A DNA stretch of 64,000 bases. Source: an uncultured Verrucomicrobiae bacterium (GTDB lineage: Bacteria > Verrucomicrobiota > Verrucomicrobiia > Chthoniobacterales > Xiphinematobacteraceae). Shown piece after piece: positions 40,872 through 49,099 of this stretch. The notes beneath the pieces are model-generated. The model was given only the letters and a program-made list of their open reading frames with translations. It did not search any database and was not told the origin of the DNA. Numbering within the stretch: the stretch's first letter is position 1; each line of letters begins with the position of its first letter. The stretch spans positions 288,001 through 352,000 of the forward strand of contig CAVPNI010000002.1 in the NCBI GenBank assembly GCA_963706715.1. The letters are read 5' to 3'. Made by a program: the position numbers and the translations under genes.

Positions 40872-40930
40872 AGTTTTTACTTCTTCTCCGATAATCTTAG
40901 TTTGCAAATCCCGGATCCCCACGGCTCATC

Positions 40931-41021
40931 GTAACTGATGTTACTTACTACTTTTAGGAGCTCTGGGAGCAAAAAAAAAGACCATTCTCACCAACAAGGT
41001 TCTCTTTTTCGCGTAACATCA
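40931..41021. repeat. about 90-bp IS701-ended MITE overlapping the hscB 3' end
   Basis: GTAACTGATGTTAC...GCGTAACATCAC ends; inverse copy at 15438-15525. Confidence 0.75.
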
Positions 41022-41578
41022 CATCGTAATTGAAATCCGATTTCAGAAAGCTGTGTCTGCCGCTTCCGGACGAACCGCAGAGAGGTAGCTAACTGCGCTA
41101 ATTGGGTCAACGAGATGTCCGGCCAAGCCCGGTCAGATGAGCGGACTTTCTCATTCAAGCTATTGATAAGTAATTTTATACGATTTTCCGCTTGCTCCAA
41201 CCGGCTCAGAAGTTTGTGACCTGACTGAATGGACACTGCTCTGGCGAGTGGGGTCAGCGCACTGCCTATCTTGGAAATCCCCTGCTTCGCCTCCAACAGA
41301 AGTGCGGCAAGATCTGTCATTTCAACAGCAACCTCGCTGGCAAAGGAGGGGTGTGAAGCACCGTTCAGCCCTCCCTGAAGCTCAATCAAATGGCTGAGCC
41401 GCTCGGCGGGGTCTTCCAAGACAGCCCGAGCGGTCCCCAGTTCCGCAAATGCTAGAGCATCCCCTTCTGCGCTATCGGGATGCAATATGGCAGCTCGCCG
41501 CAAATAGCGTTCCTGAAGTTTGGCGGCGTCCAAGGCGGGTCGCCGTTCAAATCCAAACACTGCAAATGCATCTTTCAT
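40988..41578 (-). CDS. hscB: J-domain co-chaperone, HscB-like
   Basis: DAFAVFG...LQERY...LHPD..A.AVLEDP..R.HL; located between iscA and an Hsp70. Confidence 0.8.
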   Translation of the reverse strand: MKDAFAVFGFERRPALDAAKLQERYLRRAAILHPDSAEGDALAFAELGTARAVLEDPAERLSHLIELQGGLNGASHPSFASEVAVEMTDLAALLLEAKQGISKIGSALTPLARAVSIQSGHKLLSRLEQAENRIKLLINSLNEKVRSSDRAWPDISLTQLAQLATSLRFVRKRQTQLSEIGFQLRCDVTRKREPCW

Positions 41579-41955
41579 GCGGAAAAACTCTCCCCACAAG
41601 AACAGTGTGACACCGCATTAGGATTTACGATCTTAAATCCACCCTTCTGAAGGTCGTCGCTAAAATCGAGTACCGAACCACCGACAAAAAGTGCACTTTT
41701 GGGGTCGATCACAACCCGAACCCCACCCGATTCCACCAAGATATCCTTGGGCCTCGGACCGTCCACAAGGTCCATCTTATATTGAAGGCCCGAACAGCCC
41801 CCGCCAATAACCGCTATGCGAAGGGCTCCCAGAGGACGCGACTGCCTCTCCAAAAGAGAAAAAAGCTTAGTTTTTGCCAGATCCGAGAGACGGATCAACT
41901 TTTCATTTCCAATTCTGTATGGCAACCCACCTGCCACCGCCACCGTTTCAGTCAT
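41575..41955 (-). CDS. iscA: A-type Fe-S carrier (HesB/IscA family)
   Basis: GGGCSGLQY and C-terminal CSCGESF. Confidence 0.93.
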   Translation of the reverse strand: MTETVAVAGGLPYRIGNEKLIRLSDLAKTKLFSLLERQSRPLGALRIAVIGGGCSGLQYKMDLVDGPRPKDILVESGGVRVVIDPKSALFVGGSVLDFSDDLQKGGFKIVNPNAVSHCSCGESFSA

Positions 41956-41984
41956 TTCCAAGTATTCTAGACGACTCCCAAAAA

Positions 41985-42250
41985 CTTGTAGATCAAAAAA
42001 ACGCCATTTTTCAATCGGCAGCTCCTACAGTTGTCAGTTCGTAGTTGGTAGTTGGTAGGCCACACAGCCAAAAAAAAGCTGCCGATTCATCCCATGAACC
42101 GGACTGTTCATGGGCAGAAGTTGATAGCTTGCTTTCCGGCAACTGAAAACTACGAACCTCTACCAACCACCAACTGACAACTGTAGAGTTAGGAACTGTT
42201 GAATGAAAATGGGCGTTATTGGCGCTACAACTCCCAAAAGCTTGTAAACC
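41985..42250. repeat. long imperfect inverted repeat containing heptamer (AGTTGTC/AGTTGGT-like) tandem units
   Basis: CTACAGTTGTCAGTTCGTAGTTGGTAG (about 42025-42051) pairs with CTACCAACCACCAACTGACAACTGTAG (42160-42186); flanks extend the pairing. Confidence 0.75.
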
Positions 42251-42390
42251 AAGAGGGATTTCGTTTGCAATCGTCTCCCTCTAAAGGAAACTGAGGAAGC
42301 GGACTTCGTCCGGTTCTTTTTAGAAGCCGCTCCAGTGAAAATGGACCTCATTTCCAACTACAAGCTCCTAAAAGAAAGCAGCGAAGCTGT

Positions 42391-42960
42391 ATGAAACTTG
42401 TCATTGCAGCCACCGGTGCCAGTGGAGCCCCTTATCTTCAACGGCTACTGGATTACCTGAAGCCTATGAGCTCTGGTGGCGAGCAGCAGCACGAAATTCA
42501 TCTGGTTTTGAGCCCCTTTGCTCAGCAGGTGATCCATCACGAAATCGGAAAATTGAACCTCCCGGCGAATGTCCTTCAATACAGCAATAAAACCATGAAC
42601 GCACCCTTTGCCAGTGGTTCTTCGCAGTTTGATGCCATGGTGATTGTTCCCTGCTCCATGGGCACACTAGGCCGTATCGCCGTAGGCACAAGCAACTCAC
42701 TGATCGGACGCGCCGCAGATGTCTTTCTGAAGGAACGTCGCAAACTAATCCTCGTGGCACGTGAAACACCCTGGAATTTAGTCCACGCAAAAAATGTCGC
42801 GACCGTCCTGGAAGCCGGAGCGATATTTCTACCCGCAATGCCCTCCTTCTATAGCAAACCACAAAATCTCGAGGAATTCACAGATACTGTGGTCTGGCGA
42901 ATATTAGACCAGCTCGGCCTTCCCGCTCCAAATGCTTGCCGCTGGCAAGGAAACGAATAG
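42391..42960 (+). CDS. ubiX: flavin prenyltransferase
   Basis: TGASGA, FASGS, PCSMGTL, RAADVFLKERR, RETP and PSFY motifs. Confidence 0.95.
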   Translation: MKLVIAATGASGAPYLQRLLDYLKPMSSGGEQQHEIHLVLSPFAQQVIHHEIGKLNLPANVLQYSNKTMNAPFASGSSQFDAMVIVPCSMGTLGRIAVGTSNSLIGRAADVFLKERRKLILVARETPWNLVHAKNVATVLEAGAIFLPAMPSFYSKPQNLEEFTDTVVWRILDQLGLPAPNACRWQGNE

Positions 42961-43389
42961 CAAAGATCTCATCTTTAAAGCATCATACCTTATATAGCAT
43001 AACTAAAGATACGAGCTATTTGCTAATTTAAGGAAATATTATAAGTCCGTTTTGATTAGGTACTACGTACCCCTAATGAAGAGCAAATATCCCCTCCTTT
43101 TTCTCCTCCATTAGCAAAGAAACTCTGGCAATCTTTTGGCATGTCTTTACGAAATCAAAACTTTTTAAAAGATCAGAATCCGCTCAAGGTGTCTGGGACT
43201 CTGAAGAAAGTATGCTCGAAAATTGGCGGTCTTTTGAACATTGGACGTTATTTTTTGTCTAACTTGTCGGCCTCTTTAAGTAGTCCCGAATCATCTGTTA
43301 ACTGAGTATGTTCGAAAATTTACATTCTCGATTACTGACTGTTGTACTGCTTGTAGCGTCGATCACGTAACCTCAATCATTTTTACGAT

Positions 43390-44235
43390 ATGGCAAAGGA
43401 AGATTCCGAAACAGGATTTCAGCAGTACCTTCGAGATATTGCACAATTTCCGCTGTTAACCCCCGAACAAGAAGTCGAATTGGCTGGGAAGATCAAGCAA
43501 GGCGATCAGCAAGCAAGGGCGATGATGGTGCGGGCTAATCTGCGACTCGTCGTTAAGATCGCACGAGACTATGCTAATGTTGGGCTTCCATTACTTGACT
43601 TAATTTCAGAGGGCAACATCGGTTTGATGAAGGCGGTTGAGCGTTTTGACCCTACTAAGGGTGGAAAGCTCAGTACCTATGCGGCATGGTGGATTAAGCA
43701 ATCTATTAAACGGGCCCTTGCAAATCAAAGTAAGACGATCCGGCTCCCAGTTCATCTCGTAGATAAAATCTCGAAGATGCGTCGCGTCTCAATGCAAATG
43801 ACAGAAGAACTCGGGCGCGAACCCACTGATGACGAATTGGCGGAGGAAATTGGGCTGTCACCTGCAAAGGTAACGCAGCTCAAGAGCGCAGCGGTACGTC
43901 CTGCTTCTCTCGACGCTCCCATTAACGAAGATGATTCCACAGAATTTAGTGAAATTGTCGGCGATACTGAGGGACTGGATCCGTTTGAACACCTTCGAGA
44001 CAAAGATTTGCGTGATGAAGTCAACGAGCTGCTGGATGTTTTGGACGAACGCGAACGCCGGATTATCAGTTCACGTTTTGGTCTGGATGGCTCCAAACCA
44101 AAAACATTGGAAGAGGTGGGCGAAAATTTTGGAGTGACGCGTGAACGCATCCGTCAACTCCAAAACATGGCTCTTATGAAACTCAGAAAAGCCATTCACC
44201 AAATCGAGGCTCCTCATAAAGCAGAGGTCTTTTAA
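43390..44235 (+). CDS. sigma-70 family factor, RpoD/SigA-like without region 1.1
   Basis: ANLRLVVKIA, DLISEGNIGLMKAVERFDP, STYAAWWIKQ and GVTRERIRQ motifs. Confidence 0.93.
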   Translation: MAKEDSETGFQQYLRDIAQFPLLTPEQEVELAGKIKQGDQQARAMMVRANLRLVVKIARDYANVGLPLLDLISEGNIGLMKAVERFDPTKGGKLSTYAAWWIKQSIKRALANQSKTIRLPVHLVDKISKMRRVSMQMTEELGREPTDDELAEEIGLSPAKVTQLKSAAVRPASLDAPINEDDSTEFSEIVGDTEGLDPFEHLRDKDLRDEVNELLDVLDERERRIISSRFGLDGSKPKTLEEVGENFGVTRERIRQLQNMALMKLRKAIHQIEAPHKAEVF

Positions 44236-44252
44236 CGAACTTCGTCCGATCA

Positions 44253-44390
44253 TTTTAAAAGTTGGCAGTTTGCAAATAAAGTCCCTTTTCAGCTACAAAT
44301 TCCGACGAAGCCAGCGACGCTGATTTTTTGAACTTGTAGCTCAAAAAATGCCGCTTACAATTATCGGCCCCTAAAAGAAACCCACGCAGT
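44253..44390. repeat. family B palindromic intergenic repeat (long form)
   Basis: Aligns with the reverse complement of 55117-55230 (TTGCAAATAAAGTCC..CTACAAATT..TTGTAG.TCAAAA..CAATTATCGGC). Confidence 0.75.
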
Positions 44391-44405
44391 GGGCAAAGTC
44401 CGCGG

Positions 44406-45812
44406 TTAGAGAGCAATTCTGAGCTCAATAGAACGGAACAACTCGTGCTCTGTGACTAAATCACCAATAATTACCAATTGATCCCCGGTTTGCACCAAGC
44501 CCAGTTCCTTCATAATAGCTTCGGCGTGAGCAAGTGTACTATCTGAGTTTGAGGAGAATTCCATTTGAATCGGAAAAATATTCCAATTTAAAGAAAGGCG
44601 GCGGATGACCTCCTCATTTGGAGAAAAGGCAAATACTGGTATCCTTGAGAGCCGGAGATGGCTCACAAAATCCGCCATGATACCGCGGCGCGTAAAAACC
44701 AGTAATTTGGAACCGGGCAATGAAGCCGATAAGACTACGGCTGCTTTCGCCGTCTTTTGTCTGACATCCACAATAATTGCTTTGTCTGAAAATGGCGGTA
44801 TTTCCGGAATTTGTTCGATCCGACGTGCTACCCGATCGAAAATTCTGACACAATCAACGGGATATTTTCCGACTGTGGTCTCTCCACTGAGCATAATAGC
44901 GTCTGCTTGCTCGAGAACCGCATTGGCGATGTCAGTGATTTCCGCACGAGTTGGCACGGGATTTTCGATCATTGATTCTAACATGTGGGTTGCAACAATT
45001 ACCGGCCGCCCGACTTGCAAACATCTTGTAATCGCATGCCGTTGAATAATAGGCAGCTCTTCCAATGGGCACTCAATCCCCAGATCGCCTCGCGCAATCA
45101 TAATTACATCAGTTTCCCAGATAATTTCGTCCAGCACCTGAATAGCATGTTGGTCTTCGATTTTTGCTATCACACGAGCCGGGCTCTTATGCGTATTGAG
45201 AACATCCCGAAGCACGCGAATATCATTGGCTTCCCGGCAGAAACTGAGAGCAACGAAATCAACCCCCATCTCCACACCTACCGCAATATCTCCAAGATCC
45301 TTTTCAGTTAAGGGCGGGAGATTGACTCTCACTCCCGGGAGGTTAATATGACGACGAGACCCCATTTTCCCTCCGGTCAACACCTTGCAGCGGACTTTGT
45401 TGTCGTACTTCGAAAGCACCTTCATATGCAGCACGCCACTGTCCACTAATACGATATTTCCCACTGAGACATCATCGTAGAACCCATCGTAATTGACATC
45501 CACCGAGTAGATCTCACTACTTGTGGCGCCACGTACCGTAAATTCCACAATATCCCCGACTCTCAGCTCAAACGGAGTCTTAAGATCTCCGGTCCGAACC
45601 GCTGGTCCCTGAGTGTCTAAAAGGATGCCAACAACCCTGTTCAGTTCGGCGGAAATTTGACGGATGTTCCGAACGACTTCTCGGACCCAATCATGGTTGG
45701 CGTGGCTCATGTTGAGCCTGAAAATATCGGTTCCGGCTTCCATGAGTTCCCGCAATACTTCCAGCGAATCGCTGACCGGTCCCAGAGTACAAATGATCTT
45801 TGTTTTACGCAT
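44406..45812 (-). CDS. pyk: pyruvate kinase
   Basis: RKTKIICTLGP, RLNMSH, IAKIE, MIARGDLG, PTRAE and MLSGET motifs. Confidence 0.97.
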   Translation of the reverse strand: MRKTKIICTLGPVSDSLEVLRELMEAGTDIFRLNMSHANHDWVREVVRNIRQISAELNRVVGILLDTQGPAVRTGDLKTPFELRVGDIVEFTVRGATSSEIYSVDVNYDGFYDDVSVGNIVLVDSGVLHMKVLSKYDNKVRCKVLTGGKMGSRRHINLPGVRVNLPPLTEKDLGDIAVGVEMGVDFVALSFCREANDIRVLRDVLNTHKSPARVIAKIEDQHAIQVLDEIIWETDVIMIARGDLGIECPLEELPIIQRHAITRCLQVGRPVIVATHMLESMIENPVPTRAEITDIANAVLEQADAIMLSGETTVGKYPVDCVRIFDRVARRIEQIPEIPPFSDKAIIVDVRQKTAKAAVVLSASLPGSKLLVFTRRGIMADFVSHLRLSRIPVFAFSPNEEVIRRLSLNWNIFPIQMEFSSNSDSTLAHAEAIMKELGLVQTGDQLVIIGDLVTEHELFRSIELRIAL

Positions 45813-46001
45813 AATTTCCGAGGATGAATACCCTACCGGTCTAGCGGACGCCTTACCAGCAATTTGGCAGGTAGTTCCTGCTCGGCTCTCTGTGGCAGAT
45901 CGAGCGGCAGCGTCACATTACGCTAATACCCAACGGATCGTGCAGAAATCGAAGGAAGCTGGCTTCGCCAGTTTATTTTAGAAACCGTTGAGTGAAAAAA
46001 C

Positions 46002-47144
46002 TCATTTGCCATTTGTCTGGGAGCGTATCCCCTCCGCAAAGACATCCAGACTTTGAAAGATGGCCGATTTCAACGGGGGCAACGTCTGAAGGGTAGACTT
46101 AGGCAAAGCCTCTGGTAAGAGGCAAAGGCATCTCTGCTCTTCTTTCGGAAGGAGACTTCTTGCAGCCCGGTTGGGATTAAAATAAGGGTCCTGGCGGGCA
46201 ATCTTTGCGCTGATATCGGGACGCAGAACAAAGTTAATAAACATCTCAGCTTCAGCATGATGTGCGGATTCATTCGAAATTCCAAAGCTTTCAATAAAGA
46301 AGAGATGAGCGCCAATTGAAGGGACCACCCATTTGAATTTTGGATCCTCTTGCATCAAAAGATTGGCTTTTCCACTTCGCGTGATAGCCAGCACCGCGTC
46401 TCCGCGGCGCAAAAGAGCCTGTGTAGGAAGGTGGGGGTTGTAGGTGCCGATCAGTGGCAGCCAGGCCGTCAGCTGTTTGCGAATTTCTTCTACATTTGAA
46501 GGAGTGATACTTTCAAAACTGAGATGCAATTGAGCCAGAGCACAAGCAACAATTTTCCGATTGTCCTTGGGTATGACAATGCGCCCGGCATATTTCTGAA
46601 TAAAGACGTCATCATAGCTTTTAATCTTGCCTTGGACCTGCTCCGAATTATAGAGAATTCCCATAACTCCAGCGAGATAGGGCACCGTATAGTGATTGAA
46701 GGGATCAAAAGATCTCCCCGAAAAACAAGAGTCCAAATTTCGCAAGTTAGGAATTTTTTCAAGAGATAGCGTCGCTAGCTTTCCATTGTGGACCAATTCC
46801 ACGGCAAGGCTTTCTCCCATCAGCAATACATCATAAACTTGCGGGGACTTTGCAAAGAGACACTGCATTTCCGCGTCAGAATTACAAACCTGTATCCTGA
46901 CGGAAATTCCCGTTTCTCTCTCAAAAGTCTTCACAATGTTCGCTGGAATAAATTGAGATTTCACCAGGAGATGCAGCCCCTCTTTATTGACATCCTCGCT
47001 CTTATCAATGGAAACGGGGGCTCGTTTGCAGGAATCCAACAAGAAAACGGCAGCAACAGTTAGCAACAAACATTTACCGAAAATCAGACCAATCTTCGAA
47101 AAAAAGAATTTTGACTCCAAAAAAGCCCTACGTAAACCGATCAT
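46002..47144 (-). CDS. PotD/PotF-like polyamine ABC transporter substrate-binding lipoprotein (divergent, orphan)
   Basis: FERETGI.V, YDV, IPNLRNLD..F....FDP.NHYTVPY..G..GI.YN and AEMFINF.LRPDI motifs; start uncertain. Confidence 0.75.
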   Translation of the reverse strand: MIGLRRAFLESKFFFSKIGLIFGKCLLLTVAAVFLLDSCKRAPVSIDKSEDVNKEGLHLLVKSQFIPANIVKTFERETGISVRIQVCNSDAEMQCLFAKSPQVYDVLLMGESLAVELVHNGKLATLSLEKIPNLRNLDSCFSGRSFDPFNHYTVPYLAGVMGILYNSEQVQGKIKSYDDVFIQKYAGRIVIPKDNRKIVACALAQLHLSFESITPSNVEEIRKQLTAWLPLIGTYNPHLPTQALLRRGDAVLAITRSGKANLLMQEDPKFKWVVPSIGAHLFFIESFGISNESAHHAEAEMFINFVLRPDISAKIARQDPYFNPNRAARSLLPKEEQRCLCLLPEALPKSTLQTLPPLKSAIFQSLDVFAEGIRSQTNGK

Positions 47145-47276
47145 AGCCCGCCACACTTCTAAGAAACGGAAGTTCTCACAAGAGAAACAAATAGGCACTA
47201 ATCGCCCATGGCGACTGTTAACAAAGCCTCCGCGGTTTGAACTCGACTACCATTGGCCATTACGCCTCTCAATCCG

Positions 47277-47620
47277 TCAACGGTTCTCTACTCTACCCAC
47301 GGGATCAATTCCTGCGCTTTGCAATCCTCTGGACACGGCTTGAGCCGTAAAGCTGCTAACGGACTCACCAGACCACATTTGGCGCCATCCTGCGGCCACC
47401 ACATCAGCTCCATGCCCGATTAACACCCATCCTCCCACTTTGGTAGGGGGTGCAGGTACCACGCACAAAACAGATCCAACAAGCATCTCTCCAACTCCTC
47501 CCAACATCTTAAATCCGCCCTGAATTCTGGCATTGCCCAGTGTGGCATTCCATATCCGTGTCCCCAACCCTTCATCAGAATCACAGAAGTTCACCGGATC
47601 AATTTTCTGCAAGATTAACA
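47277..47620 (-). pseudogene. orphan Rhs C-terminal (toxin-side) fragment
   Basis: Begins at a degenerate Rhs core end DPVNFCDSD-G, followed by a Gly/Ala-rich hydrophobic pre-toxin segment; no Rhs core and no complete toxin domain. Confidence 0.55.
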
Positions 47621-47635
47621 TGGTTACCATCGTTC

Positions 47636-47773
47636 AATTTATCAGCTTGGGTTTAAGCCAAAGAGAAACGAGTTGCCCATCAACTAAGGCCACTGCGACG
47701 TTCTTGGCATATTCAATGGCAACAGCATCACGACGGGTAGTGACGTTTCCAACGCAAATCCAACCCGAAGTTT
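47636..47773 (-). pseudogene. 3' fragment of a small gene (immunity-protein-like) cut by IS1
   Basis: Hand translation TSGWICVGNVTTRRDAVAIEYAKNVAVALVDGQLVSLWLKPKLIN*; 5' part replaced by the IS1 end. Confidence 0.4.
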
Positions 47774-48989
47774 GGAGAGTATTCACCTAAAGATAGATAC
47801 AAATTTTTCCTGAAAAGAAGAAAAGATATCGTGAGTAGCAAGAGCAGTCCAAAGCTTGAAGGAATCGGTGTGCCACGGAGGCGCAAAGAGGGAGAATTCC
47901 TCTAAAGCAGCCAAGCTGCATAAGAGATGAGGGAAGGCCCCTCGGAGACGGCGTACAGGCGCAGACTTCAAACTACCCACTGCTGCTGCCTTTAAGAGAG
48001 GTGGTGGTGAACGAGATGGGAAAAGGTTGGGCAAAGACCTGATCAGGTGAGAATCGAAGAGACGAACGCAAGTGAACCACTGATGACGTATCGAAACGTG
48101 CATAGATGATGTCAAAACTACAGGGCGATTCTACTGTGGGATAAGTGTAGGAGTGACCTGTCAACGGCCTACGCGGCATCCGGTATAAAGGTGGCGTGAA
48201 GTCGATTCAGGCTCTTGTGTGGAACGTGGGAACCTGTCATTCCGATGAGAAGGGAGGAGCGCAAATGGAGACCCCATAAGCGCCAGAGTACCGAAACGGA
48301 GTACAGGGACGGAGCAAGCTGTAGTAGTGATGAAAGACTGTAATGGGTCTGGAGCAAAGGGCTTGCCCCATTGTGCCGAAACTGAAGCGACAACCAAGAG
48401 CAGAAACGCTTGCGGGAGGATCGTTGCGGTAATGCTGGAAAGCTCAGAGGCTTCCAAAAAAAAATGGGAAGAGCCGGATGAGTGGAGACGCTCACGTCCG
48501 GTTCTGTGAGCACCTGAGGGGGAAGTTCCCTCGGGTGACTCGACTAAACCATGTTCACTTTTTTTGAGACGACTTTAGTGCGCCGAGTCATGCGTGCTAA
48601 GTGGTGGCGTGTATTGCTATTATCTCGCTCAATAGAAGCCGTTCTGGATTTTCCAATGAAATGGCGATCCGGAGGCAGAATTTTGGAGAAGGCATCCCAG
48701 CCATCAGTATAAAAAATACAATTTTTGAGCTGTTTTACTTTATCGTAAAGTTTTTTAAAGGTTGCAGCATCACGATTACCGATGACCCGGGCAACAGTTC
48801 ACCCTGTGCTACGATCCAAGGCTTTGATGATCCACTTTTTGTTTTTTTTGACCCACCGAAATGCCACATCTCATCAAATTCCATTTCCCTGATATCACCT
48901 GATACTTTTGGGTCCGGCAATGCACTCATTTCTTTTCGAACCCATCGGTAAATTAAAGCCGGAGAATGGCCAAAAATCTTTCCTAACAT
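47774..48989 (-). mobile_element. IS1-family element remnant (InsA 3' part, A8C frameshift site, InsB), interrupted by a group II intron
   Basis: EMEFDEMWHF..SKK; A8C run at 48841-48849; -1 frame KKWIIKALDRSTG*...YTDGWDAF...IERDNSNTRHHLARMTRRTKVVSK; internal TGA at 48799-48801; terminus GGAGAGTATTCACC at 47774. Confidence 0.88.
47868..48544 (+). ncRNA. ORF-less group II intron (IIB, bacterial class D-like), 677 nt
   Basis: 5' GTGTG; domain V GAGCCGGATGAGTGGAGACGCTCACGTCCGGTTC (48471-48504; AGC triad, GAGA loop, AC bulge); domain VI with bulged A at 48538; 3' AC; removal restores the IS1 reading frame. Confidence 0.93.
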
Positions 48990-49099
48990 CTGATGTTACG
49001 CAGAGCGAAGAGAGAGGAGTTCACAATAGGCCAACTGAGTGGCTTTGATAAAGATTTTTGCGCGCAACGCAAAATGGTTCAGTTTGTGTTTAAGTTTTG
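48990..49099 (-). mobile_element. IS701-family element, right-end fragment
   Basis: Hand translation KLKHKLNHFALRAKIFIKATQLAYCELLSLRSA*, with the stop inside the terminal repeat CTGCGTAACATCAG; family assignment is from recall of IS701 C-termini. Confidence 0.7.

Noticed and set aside
42025..42190. Short tandem repeats as a CRISPR array
   Set aside because: Units are 7 bp and adjacent with no unique spacers, and there are no cas genes in the window.
47215..47230. CTGTTAACAAAGCC resembling an IS5/IS903-type end
   Set aside because: No partner repeat or transposase fragment was found, and the match is too short to support.
47783..48513. ORFs of 60-114 aa across the intron
   Set aside because: They are chance frames on group II intron RNA with no RT motifs (no YADD). 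Only the last 28 codons of 47783-48115 are real, as the IS1 tail.
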